Of a stretch of DNA of 32,000 nucleotides, positions 17,411 through 26,616 are shown piece after piece; the first letter of the stretch is position 1; each line of letters starts with the position of its first letter. Position numbers and translations under genes: made by a program. The notes beneath the pieces were generated by a model. The model had not been told where the DNA came from. It did not search any database and saw nothing but the letters and a program-made list of their open reading frames with translations. The DNA comes from Psychrobacter sp. DM4. GTDB taxonomy: Bacteria > Pseudomonadota > Gammaproteobacteria > Pseudomonadales > Moraxellaceae. The stretch lies in contig NZ_CP195536.1 of the NCBI RefSeq assembly GCF_051307035.1, forward strand, positions 1,050,001-1,082,000, in the 5' to 3' direction.

Positions 17411-20083
17411 CTAGCCAAGCTGTGCTGCAATCCATGATGATAGTGCTTTAATAACCGCGGTGCTAAGATCAGAATTGGGCGCGCCGCCCTGAGCATAGTC
17501 AGGCTTACCGCCACCTTTACCGCCAAGCTCACCTGCTAGATGACGAATAATGTCTCCGGCTTTAATGCGAGCGGTCAGGGATGTTGCAACGCTTGCTGCG
17601 AGCGCTAATTGCCCGTCTTTGTCTCCAACGATGACAATAACGCTATCAGGTAACTTAGATTTGATATCGTCCATCAAAGTACGAATAGACTTACCATCGA
17701 TACCGCTTAGAGTACTGACTAAAACGGGCGTACCGTTAATAGTTTGTACCTCATCTAGCAAGCTTGCTGCTTGCGTGCTGGCCATTTTTTGCTCAAAGCG
17801 TTCAAGCTGTTTTTCAAGCTCACGTTGACGGCTTGCCATAGCTTTGACGCGCTCAGTGACGTCAGGACGTTTGGCTTTGAGCTGACTTGCAAGCTCGCCT
17901 AATTGCTGATCGTTTTGCTGAATGTACTTGACAGCATTCATTCCAGTGACAGCTTCGACGCGGCGAATACCAGCGGCGATACCTGACTCGCTAATGATCT
18001 TGAAAAGGCCAATATCGCCTGTACGTTGAACATGAAGGCCGCCGCACAGCTCAATTGAGAAGGGCTTACAAGTACCATCATTAATAGTCTCAGTACCCAT
18101 CGTAAGTACGCGCACTGTATCTCCGTACTTTTCACCGAATAGTGCGACTGCGCCTTTGTCCATCGCTTCATCGATCGACATATTCTCTATGTAAGCAGGC
18201 GTATTCGCTTGAATCTGCTCGTTGACCAAGCGCTCAATGCGAGTCATTTCTGCGAAAGTTACTGGCTTATCATAGGCAAAATCAAAACGTAAGACGTCGC
18301 TTGATACCAGCGAGCCTTTTTGACTCACGCTCTCGCCCAATACTTCACGTAACGCTGCATGGAGTAGGTGAGTGGCTGAATGGTTCTTAGCACTAGCAGC
18401 ACGGATACTAGAGAGTACTTGCGCGTCAGCAGTCTGCTGGGCGCTGATAGTGCCCATCGTCACAACGCCATAATGGATAATAGCTTGACCTGACTTTTTA
18501 GTATTTTGTACTTCAAAGACGCCAGAGGAGGTGCGAATCTCGCCAAGCTCACCGACTTGGCCGCCGCCTTCAGCGTAAAACGGTGTACGATCAAGCACTA
18601 CAACGCCTTCCATATCCTCATCCAAGGTATCGACCAAAGCGCCGTCTTGATACAAAGCTTTGAGGGTGACATTATCCTCGCTTAACTGCTCATAACCAAT
18701 AAATTCGGTAGGAGTATCGACCTGAATCACACTGCTGTAATCAACATCAAATTTGCCTGCATCACGCGCACGTGCGCGCTGCGCTTGCATGTGCTCATCG
18801 AACTCGTCTTCATTGATAGCGATACCACGCTCACGGGTTATATCGGCGGTCAAATCAAGCGGAAAGCCGTAAGTATCATAGAGCTTAAAGGCCGCTTCTC
18901 CTGAGAGTACATCACCATCTTGCAAGCCTTCAAGCTCGCCTGCAAGCAGGCGCAATCCTTGTGCTAAGGTCTTTGCAAATTGTGCTTCTTCTTTTTGAAT
19001 TGCATTTTCGATAATGCTCTGTCTTTTTACTAATTCAGGATAGGCATCACCCATCTCGCTAACTAATGGCGCAACCATCTGATAGAAAAAGTCGCTCTGA
19101 GCGCCAAGCTTATTACCATGACGTACCGCACGGCGAATGATACGGCGCAGCACATAACCGCGACCTTCATTGCTTGGCATCACGCCATCAGCAATCAAAA
19201 AAGACACTGCCCGTATATGATCGGCAATCACTTTTAAGGAGGACTGCTGTTCATTTTTGATCTCTAAAACCTTAGCCGCTGCATCCATCAAGTGGATGAA
19301 TAAATCGATCTCATAGTTGCCATGAACGCCTTGCATAATCGCGCTAATACGCTCAAGACCCATACCCGTATCGACACTTGGTGCGGGCAATGGCAGCATC
19401 GTGCCGTCTTTTTGACGGTTGAACTGCATAAAGACGCAGTTCCAAATCTCGATAAAACGGTCGCCGTCTTCTTCAGGCGTGCCTGGTAGACCACCTTCTA
19501 TCTGTTCGCCATGATCATAAAAAACCTCAGTACAAGGACCGCAGGGGCCAGTATCACCCATCGTCCAAAAGTTATCGGAGGCGTAGGGTGCACCTTTATT
19601 ATCACCAATACGTATGATGCGATCGGCAGAGATACCAATGTCTTTGTGCCAGATATCAAAAGCTTCGTCATCGGTCTCATAAATAGTCACGTACAGACAA
19701 TTTTTATCAATATTCAACCATTCGTTAGAGGTCAAAAACTCCCAAATGTAGGCAATGCCTGCCTGTTTGAAGTAGTCGCCAAAGGAGAAATTACCGAGCA
19801 TCTCAAAAAAAGTATGATGACGGGCAGTGTAGCCAACATTGTCTAAGTCGTTGTGCTTGCCGCCTGCGCGTACACATTTTTGTGAAGTCACCGCGCGCGT
19901 ATAATCACGGGGCTCCATACCCAAAAACGTCTCTTTGAACTGGTTCATTCCTGCATTGGTAAATAGCAAGGTCGGATCGTTGTGCGGTATCAGACTTGAG
20001 GATGAGACAGAGGTATGCTGCTTGCTTACGAAGAAATCTATAAAAGCTTTACGAATATCGGCTGTTTGAGATGGCTGGCTCAC
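17411..20083 (-). CDS. alaS: Alanine--tRNA ligase
   Basis: The ORF is 890 aa. Motifs present are [10 protein letters not shown] and [18 protein letters not shown], plus the editing-domain [11 protein letters not shown] and CGGLHV. It has a GTG start with the SD AAGGAG 5 nt upstream. Confidence 0.97.
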   Translation of the reverse strand: MSQPSQTADIRKAFIDFFVSKQHTSVSSSSLIPHNDPTLLFTNAGMNQFKETFLGMEPRDYTRAVTSQKCVRAGGKHNDLDNVGYTARHHTFFEMLGNFSFGDYFKQAGIAYIWEFLTSNEWLNIDKNCLYVTIYETDDEAFDIWHKDIGISADRIIRIGDNKGAPYASDNFWTMGDTGPCGPCTEVFYDHGEQIEGGLPGTPEEDGDRFIEIWNCVFMQFNRQKDGTMLPLPAPSVDTGMGLERISAIMQGVHGNYEIDLFIHLMDAAAKVLEIKNEQQSSLKVIADHIRAVSFLIADGVMPSNEGRGYVLRRIIRRAVRHGNKLGAQSDFFYQMVAPLVSEMGDAYPELVKRQSIIENAIQKEEAQFAKTLAQGLRLLAGELEGLQDGDVLSGEAAFKLYDTYGFPLDLTADITRERGIAINEDEFDEHMQAQRARARDAGKFDVDYSSVIQVDTPTEFIGYEQLSEDNVTLKALYQDGALVDTLDEDMEGVVVLDRTPFYAEGGGQVGELGEIRTSSGVFEVQNTKKSGQAIIHYGVVTMGTISAQQTADAQVLSSIRAASAKNHSATHLLHAALREVLGESVSQKGSLVSSDVLRFDFAYDKPVTFAEMTRIERLVNEQIQANTPAYIENMSIDEAMDKGAVALFGEKYGDTVRVLTMGTETINDGTCKPFSIELCGGLHVQRTGDIGLFKIISESGIAAGIRRVEAVTGMNAVKYIQQNDQQLGELASQLKAKRPDVTERVKAMASRQRELEKQLERFEQKMASTQAASLLDEVQTINGTPVLVSTLSGIDGKSIRTLMDDIKSKLPDSVIVIVGDKDGQLALAASVATSLTARIKAGDIIRHLAGELGGKGGGKPDYAQGGAPNSDLSTAVIKALSSWIAAQLG

Positions 20084-20248
20084 AGCGGCTCCTTATAAGG
20101 AATGTCATTAAATAAAATATTTTGCCAGCGATTTTAGCACATACACTAAAGATCTTGGTAAACGATGTCTATACTTGTCTTAAATATAAGGTCTTAGACC
20201 CGCTATCTCAAATAAAATAGCAGTCAATAAGACTTTGGACGTTTATGA

Positions 20249-22180
20249 TTAGTTAGTCAAAATAGCAGCATCCGTTTCATCAAGCTTGTCTCTGATAATA
20301 GGATTAGACTCTATGACCTGCACTGGTATATAACGCAGTTGTAACTTAATCGGTAGATAATTTGGATAGTTCTCTGCCATGTCTTTTGTCACTATGGCTT
20401 CAATTTGATTGACATCGTTTGAGTCAGGAGTTGTCTCCCCACGTATTACCGCGCGTACGATCTGATTGCCGTTACCCTTAGTAAACTGGGTGTTGGTCAG
20501 CACGTTGCCTTTTTCGATAAAGTGATCGTTGATAGCACTTTTTACGCTACTCTCAAACACTTGTTGTTTAGCATTGGTCTGCAAGTTAATCGTTAAATAA
20601 GTACCTAAGATACCGAGCAGTACTAGCGCTATCGCATTACGTCGCAAAAATGTCAAATAGGTGCTGGTTTTATAATCATCATCGATCAAACGGCGAAAAC
20701 CCAAAATCCAAAGCACCATCGCATTGGTAAATTGAATCGCGATAATGTTGGTCAGTGCCAACAGCGCGGCCCCAAAACCTAAGGTTAGCTCACCATTAGC
20801 AAACAAAATGCCACTAGCAGCTAAAGGCGGCACCAACGCCGTAGCTACGGCTACGCCAACGACAGCGACCGATAGGTGCGGCGATACCATAGCATAAGCA
20901 CCTGCGGTACCTCCTGCTAACGCGATCATCAAGTCCATTGAAGTGGGCTGAGTACGCGATAAAATCTCTGCGGTCAAAGGCTGCTCATTGTGTAGCAGAC
21001 CAATAATAAAGCCGACAAAAATAACTAAGAATACGCCAGCTGCGACTGTAAATAGTGACTTACGCAATAGAGGGATTCGGTTATCGATGACCGCAAGCGC
21101 CACGCCAGTAATAGGCCCTAGCATCATAGCGACTAGCATGGCACCAATGACGACGGCTGCTGAGTTAGTGACCAGACCATAACTTGCAATGATGGCGGAG
21201 AGTATGTTCATCACAAAGTACATTCTGGTGGGCAGAGCATTAGCTTCGATTTTGACGCGTACTTCAGGATAGTCTATTTTTTGTTTACTAAACTGCTCAG
21301 CGACGAACTGCTTATAAGATTCAAGTTTGGCTTCTTTAACTTCTTTGACTTTTTCCTCTTCTTCATGTATCTCATCGTTGCTTTTATCTTTCTCATCTTC
21401 ATTGTTCTGTGCTTCTAGAACGCCTGCAGTTTTAGTGGTTTCTTCATTCACAGTTTCTGTTTCTGTGTTAGTGGATTCTTTGTCAGTAGATTCTTGGTTT
21501 GGGAAAAGAGCTTGTTTATTGGCAGTCTGCTCACAGTAAGTAGCATCTTGCTCATTTTGACTCTGATCTGAAAGCTCGGTAGTGGGTTTGTCGATTGAGA
21601 AGTGCTCTTTAGTCTCTACTCTTTGCTGTTCAGGATTGTCTACGTCAGTACTATCGACCGATAGAGTGATGATAGACTCGGTTACCTCATCAACATCGCC
21701 CTCAGCACTAATTGTAATCTCAGCATTTTCGTCTGCAATATAATCGAGATGATTATCGACCTGTGCGGTATCAGTGGGGTTGCTGTCGGTTTGAGAAGCG
21801 ACTTCTGGGGGTTCTGATGCTTCAGTAACGACCTGCTCATTAGATTCAGGCGTCTCCAAAGTTGCAATGACTACATCAGGACTAACGGACTCTAATATTA
21901 TTGTAGACTCAGGATTCTGAGCGACCATTGTCTCTGCTTCTATATCGTCTGCTTCCACATCATCTGTTTCTTCAGTGATTTCTACAGTTTGATCGTTGAC
22001 TTGAGTATCTGTTTCGATCTGTAAGTCTGCTTCATTTGATTCGGTACTATCACGATCCAAATTTTCGATATGATCAATTAGAGGCTCTGAGGATACTTTG
22101 CTAGATTTAGAAGGAGGGGCGTTAGCAGGTGTGTCTGAAGTAGGAATAGAGTGCTGAGCGGAATCATCAGGTAGAGTCAT
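20249..22180 (-). CDS. DUF389-family integral membrane protein with a long acidic N-terminal extension
   Basis: The C-terminal half carries the DUF389-like hydrophobic core (NILSAIIASYGLVTNSAAVVIGAMLVAMMLGPITGVALAV...) and further TM helices. The first ~330 aa are D/E/T/S/N/Q-rich without hydrophobic segments. I chose the ATG at 22180 (MTLPDD...) over the track's TTG at 22234. There is no clear SD, so the start is uncertain. Confidence 0.65.
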   Translation of the reverse strand: MTLPDDSAQHSIPTSDTPANAPPSKSSKVSSEPLIDHIENLDRDSTESNEADLQIETDTQVNDQTVEITEETDDVEADDIEAETMVAQNPESTIILESVSPDVVIATLETPESNEQVVTEASEPPEVASQTDSNPTDTAQVDNHLDYIADENAEITISAEGDVDEVTESIITLSVDSTDVDNPEQQRVETKEHFSIDKPTTELSDQSQNEQDATYCEQTANKQALFPNQESTDKESTNTETETVNEETTKTAGVLEAQNNEDEKDKSNDEIHEEEEKVKEVKEAKLESYKQFVAEQFSKQKIDYPEVRVKIEANALPTRMYFVMNILSAIIASYGLVTNSAAVVIGAMLVAMMLGPITGVALAVIDNRIPLLRKSLFTVAAGVFLVIFVGFIIGLLHNEQPLTAEILSRTQPTSMDLMIALAGGTAGAYAMVSPHLSVAVVGVAVATALVPPLAASGILFANGELTLGFGAALLALTNIIAIQFTNAMVLWILGFRRLIDDDYKTSTYLTFLRRNAIALVLLGILGTYLTINLQTNAKQQVFESSVKSAINDHFIEKGNVLTNTQFTKGNGNQIVRAVIRGETTPDSNDVNQIEAIVTKDMAENYPNYLPIKLQLRYIPVQVIESNPIIRDKLDETDAAILTN

Positions 22181-22362
22181 AGTAACTGGCTTCGTTAGAA
22201 GAAAAAGAGAGGTACTATTGTAATGATAAACCAAGAAAGTCGTAGACGTTTTTGCGGTTATTTAGAGGATGAATTTGTAAAGAGGAATAGAAAAGGTATT
22301 AGTCCCTGTCAGGGCGTATTTATGAATTATCAAACACGCCCTAGACATCTAAAGGTCTAGAG

Positions 22363-22394
22363 AAAAAAAGACCTTTAATAAAAGGTCTTTTTTG
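22363..22394 (-). terminator. Rho-independent terminator downstream of the L,D-transpeptidase gene (palindromic, could act both ways)
   Basis: The stem is AAAGACCTTT (22367-22376) / AAAGGTCTTT (22381-22390) with a 4-nt loop. It is flanked by an A7 run and a T-run. Confidence 0.8.
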
Positions 22395-22411
22395 ATAGAT
22401 AACTATTGCGG

Positions 22412-23833
22412 TTACTGTAGTTCAACCGTCGCACCGTTTTCGATATTGGCATAAACCTCTAGTACATCCCAGTTGGTCAGGCGCACGCAACCTGCTGAGG
22501 CTTGCCGACTGATACCTTCAGGCTTCGGTGAGCCATGTAAACCATATGAGGGTTTTGATAGTCCCATCCATACTACACCGACTGGATTGTTCGGACCTGG
22601 CGGTATCATATGAACTTGCTTGCCACTACCTTCACCGACTGTCGCTTTGTACCAAGGCATCTTGACTCTATTAATAATCTTGAACGTCCCTTGCGGTGAG
22701 GGGGTAGCATCACTACCGACAGTAGTCGGATAGGTCGCAACCAGTTTATCGCCATTATAGGCATAAAGGGTCTGATCTGCTTTGTTAGCGACTACGCGGT
22801 TGATACGCTGATTAAGCGCGCCGCGCGTATTTAGGACAGTAATGGTCTCGCCTGCTTGATAGGTTTTATTTTTATTAAGCTTCTCAAGATAGCGTATATC
22901 CATATGGAAACGCTCACCTAACATCTCCTTGATGTCTTGATAGTATAGACCTTTCATCTTTGATTTGGCTGGATAGCCTGAGGGTGTCGTCGCAAAGTTG
23001 GTTTTGATATCGTCTTCGGTCAGCGTATAAGTGACCAGTACGGGTTTATTTGCCGGAATATTCTTGACTAGAGCGTCCCAAGTTTTCTGATTCATTTTAC
23101 CAGTCGTTGGCAAGCCTTTCATCGCCTGAAAATTGGTCAAAGCCTTTTTGCTGTTCATGCCCCAGCCCCCATCGATAGGACCAGGAGAGGCATGATTCCA
23201 ATCTAACAACGCTTGTATCTTAATGGTCATCGCCGAGTTGACATTCATACTTGGCGACCAAGCAGCACTGTTTACTTGTTTGGCGTAGTTCGAGAGATTC
23301 AAAGTGGTATGAGTCTTGCCATCGATATCTTCGATACTTTTAATCGTGGTATCAGTATTGGCCGCTTGCAACTGTTCTGTACGCGGAATCTCAAATGCTG
23401 GCGCGTCAAACGGCTCATTGCCTTGACTGGGCGCTGCTACCGCTTGACCTTCGCTAATATCATCTGTGCGATCAGACTGCTCATCTTTACGTGCCAATTC
23501 CTGCGCGCTCATATTATCAGCAGCAACATCATTAGATGGCGACGGGTTCATCGGTTTTGTGCTAGTAGTCGATTGATTACGCTTAGCATCGATGAGTTTT
23601 CCCATACGATCAGGCATATTGTTTTTGGGCGTAGCAGTCGTGCTAGCGATTGAGCGGTTGCGGTTTTCTTCTACATCAAGACTCGTTAGCACAGCAATAC
23701 TCGGCAGTTGATCTGCGGTACGTACGGGCAAAGTACGAGCACTATCATTGGGTGCGGCGAATGCGCCGACACTAATGCTAGCACTGAGCGCTGCGATAGA
23801 CATGGAGGCAATAAGCGGCTTTAATTTCATCAT
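22412..23833 (-). CDS. Periplasmic L,D-transpeptidase (YkuD domain) with a PG_binding_1 domain
   Basis: The catalytic motif is HGSPKPEGISRQASAGCVRLTNWD (H...S.GC.R). The peptidoglycan-binding-like repeat is IQALLDWNHASPGPIDGGWGMNSKKALTNFQAMKGLPTTGKMNQKTWDAL. The Sec signal peptide is MMKLKPLIASMSIAALSASISVGAFA. The start is the ATG at 23833 or 23830, or the GTG at 23842. Confidence 0.88.
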   Translation of the reverse strand: MMKLKPLIASMSIAALSASISVGAFAAPNDSARTLPVRTADQLPSIAVLTSLDVEENRNRSIASTTATPKNNMPDRMGKLIDAKRNQSTTSTKPMNPSPSNDVAADNMSAQELARKDEQSDRTDDISEGQAVAAPSQGNEPFDAPAFEIPRTEQLQAANTDTTIKSIEDIDGKTHTTLNLSNYAKQVNSAAWSPSMNVNSAMTIKIQALLDWNHASPGPIDGGWGMNSKKALTNFQAMKGLPTTGKMNQKTWDALVKNIPANKPVLVTYTLTEDDIKTNFATTPSGYPAKSKMKGLYYQDIKEMLGERFHMDIRYLEKLNKNKTYQAGETITVLNTRGALNQRINRVVANKADQTLYAYNGDKLVATYPTTVGSDATPSPQGTFKIINRVKMPWYKATVGEGSGKQVHMIPPGPNNPVGVVWMGLSKPSYGLHGSPKPEGISRQASAGCVRLTNWDVLEVYANIENGATVELQ

Positions 23834-24172
23834 ATGTATCACTCGTGATGGTTACTAATGAGGCTATTATGCTCATATTTAGGAGGGTTCGCAAACTTTT
23901 GACACACATTTTTGTACCGACTATCCGCTTTAGCTCAACTGCTGACGCGTTTGATACAAAGTAGAAGTAATTGAGTTATGAATTACTGGTTTTAGCAATA
24001 ATTGCTACTATAAAAATGTCATAAAAAAAACTAATAGTACTTTATGACGATAGTGATAGGCATTGAAAATACAGTGATTGGCGCAATCTTATGTTTGCGT
24101 CTATAATGCGTAAACAGATTCATTGCATATAGAGTTTATTTAAGTCACAAGTATCTATAATAAAGGGGCGGT

Positions 24173-25306
24173 ATGTCAGCAGATCAAATCATGAGCGCAG
24201 AAGATTTTCAGAATCTACACCTAGATGAAGAAGCGATGCAGGACTCAGAGCACAATCAATTTGCCAATTTGCATAGCGAGCTTGAAGAGGCCCGCGCGCA
24301 GCTATTTAGCATTCGTGATTTTATTCGCTTTGCAGTTACCCAATTGCGCAACTACGACGTCGTTGTCGCTCAAGGCACGACAGACGAGTTCGCCGAAGCT
24401 GCCGCTATCGTATTGCATTCATTAGCTCTTGATTGGTCTGCTAATGAACAGATTCTTGATTGCCGTTTGACCTCATCAGAAAAGCAGGCGGTGCTTAGCC
24501 TATTAGAGCAGCGTATTAGCGAGCGTAAACCGCTAAGCTACTTGATTAATTTGGCTTATTTTTGTGATTTGCCTTTTTATATTGATGAGCGCGTTTTGAT
24601 TCCACGCTCACCCATTGCTGAGCTGATTCGTCAACAGTTTTATCCTTACTTTGATGTAAACGAGCTTGCCAAACCATTAGGTCAGGCAAGATCAGATAAT
24701 GCCGCTAGTTTTTATGATCATGGGCTGGATATGAAGCAGTTGTCACAGCCTGAGCGTATATTAGATATGTGCACAGGCTCAGGCTGTATCGCTATCGCTA
24801 TAGCGACTCGTTTCGTTGATGCGTTGGTGGATGCCGTCGATATCGATAAAGGCGCACTTGAGGTCGCAATGGTCAATGTAGATCATCACGATTTGGGTCA
24901 TCAGGTCAATGTCATTGAGTCGGATCTGTTTGCCAAAATACCAGCGGAAAACCAGTACGAGCTGATCGTTACCAACCCGCCGTATGTGGACGCTGCCATT
25001 ATGGCAGATTTACCGCCAGAGTTTTTGTATGAGCCTGAGCACGCGTTGGCAGCGGGGCAAGATGGTCTAGATTTAGTGCATCATATCTTGTATCAAGCTG
25101 CTGATTATTTGAGCCCTGATGGTCTACTCATTTGTGAAGTTGGCGATAGCGAGTGGGCACTGAACCAAGCTTATCCTGATATCCAGTTTGATTGGCTCAA
25201 GTTTTCGCTTGGCGGGCACGGGGTATTCGCCATTACTTATGATGAGCTCATCGCCAATCGCGGGCTGTTCGCTAATTATGTGCAGAGGTTAGATAGCGCT
25301 CAGTAG
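24173..25306 (+). CDS. prmB: 50S ribosomal protein L3 glutamine N5-methyltransferase
   Basis: Motifs present are RLTSSEK...YIDERVLIPRSPI, ILDMCTGSGCIAIA and VTNPPYV (NPPY). It aligns by eye along E. coli PrmB. The prmB-aroC adjacency is as in E. coli. It has an N-terminal acidic extension and one internal insertion. Confidence 0.9.
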   Translation: MSADQIMSAEDFQNLHLDEEAMQDSEHNQFANLHSELEEARAQLFSIRDFIRFAVTQLRNYDVVVAQGTTDEFAEAAAIVLHSLALDWSANEQILDCRLTSSEKQAVLSLLEQRISERKPLSYLINLAYFCDLPFYIDERVLIPRSPIAELIRQQFYPYFDVNELAKPLGQARSDNAASFYDHGLDMKQLSQPERILDMCTGSGCIAIAIATRFVDALVDAVDIDKGALEVAMVNVDHHDLGHQVNVIESDLFAKIPAENQYELIVTNPPYVDAAIMADLPPEFLYEPEHALAAGQDGLDLVHHILYQAADYLSPDGLLICEVGDSEWALNQAYPDIQFDWLKFSLGGHGVFAITYDELIANRGLFANYVQRLDSAQ

Positions 25307-25386
25307 AAGCTATTGGTTTTAATAGTTACAGACAATAATTTGATGATACAAGTGCTCATAGCAAGCACTGATGACTAAGGATGAGT

Positions 25387-26490
25387 ATGGCAGGCAATAG
25401 TATTGGACAGCTGTTTTGTGTGACCACGTGCGGCGAATCGCACGGTGCAGGTCTTATAGCGATTGTGGATGGTGTGCCATCTGGTCTTGAGCTCAGCGAA
25501 TTAGATTTGCAAGTTGATTTGGATCGCCGCAAACCAGGTACCTCTAAGTACGCCACTCAGCGCCGTGAGTCGGACGAGGTCGAGATCATCTCAGGAGTGT
25601 TCGAGGGCAAAACAACAGGCACCTCAATCGGTCTGTTAATTCGTAATACCAATCAAAAATCAAAAGACTACAGCGAGATCAAAGACACCTTTCGTCCCGG
25701 TCATGCCGACTATACTTATAGTATGAAATATGGTTTTCGTGATTATCGCGGCGGCGGACGCTCATCAGCACGCGAGACAGCGATGCGCGTTGCTGCGGGG
25801 GCTATCGCCAAGAAATATCTATATGATAGATTAGGCGTACAAATTCACGGGCACGTCACCCAAATCGGCAATGAATACAGTCAAGTTACCAACCCAAACG
25901 ACATTGATTGGGACTATGTCAATAGCAACCCGTTCTTTTGTGCGGACAAGGATGCTGTCGCCCGTTTTGAGACCTTGATTGACAGCTTGCGACGTGAGGG
26001 CACCAGTAGCGGCGCGAAACTTGAAATTATCGCAAGTGGCGTCCCTGTTGGTCTTGGTGAGCCTGTATTTGATCGCCTAGATGCTGATATTGCTCACGCT
26101 ATGATGAGTATCAATGCGGTAAAAGGCGTTGAGATTGGCGATGGTATGGCGGTGGCAGGGCAGTTTGGTCATACCTCCCGTGATGAGCTGACGCCTAATG
26201 GTTTTACCGCCAATCATGCAGGCGGCATCTTGGGCGGTATCTCATCCGGTCAAAACATCAGCGTGAGTATAGCGCTCAAGCCAACATCGAGTATCACAAC
26301 ACCTGGCAAAAGTATCAATACTCAAGGTGAGGCGGTTGATATGTTAACCAAAGGTCGCCATGATCCGTGCGTTGGCGTGCGGGCTACCCCGATTGCTGAG
26401 GCGATGTTAGCCATTGTTTTACTTGATCACTACCTGCGTAACCGTGGTCAAAATGGTGATGTCAAAGCACCCGTTGATTCCATTACTTAG
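25387..26490 (+). CDS. aroC: Chorismate synthase
   Basis: [20 protein letters not shown] is the canonical start. RPGHADYTY and [11 protein letters not shown] are present. AAGG at 25377-25380 gives 6-nt spacing to the ATG at 25387. The track's 25381 ATG is two codons longer. Confidence 0.96.
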   Translation: MAGNSIGQLFCVTTCGESHGAGLIAIVDGVPSGLELSELDLQVDLDRRKPGTSKYATQRRESDEVEIISGVFEGKTTGTSIGLLIRNTNQKSKDYSEIKDTFRPGHADYTYSMKYGFRDYRGGGRSSARETAMRVAAGAIAKKYLYDRLGVQIHGHVTQIGNEYSQVTNPNDIDWDYVNSNPFFCADKDAVARFETLIDSLRREGTSSGAKLEIIASGVPVGLGEPVFDRLDADIAHAMMSINAVKGVEIGDGMAVAGQFGHTSRDELTPNGFTANHAGGILGGISSGQNISVSIALKPTSSITTPGKSINTQGEAVDMLTKGRHDPCVGVRATPIAEAMLAIVLLDHYLRNRGQNGDVKAPVDSIT

Positions 26491-26511
26491 CGTAGTGTTT
26501 TTAGCATCATT

Positions 26512-26559
26512 AAAAGCCATTTGTTTTCTACTATTTTTAGGGAACAAATGGCTTTTTTA
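26512..26559 (+). terminator. Rho-independent terminator of aroC
   Basis: A 14-bp stem, AAAAGCCATTTGTT (26512-26525) / AACAAATGGCTTTT (26543-26556), is followed by TTTT. Confidence 0.85.
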
Positions 26560-26616
26560 TGTTTACAACTTTGACGGTAGCGATATTCAGCGTGCTTACT
26601 TAATAGTTATCAAACC

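Noticed and set aside
24017-24049. An 8-bp inverted repeat, GTCATAAA...TTTATGAC, in the ldt/prmB divergent region.
   Set aside because: It is short, AT-rich and set in AT-rich promoter DNA, so chance occurrence is plausible. No known motif is recognised.
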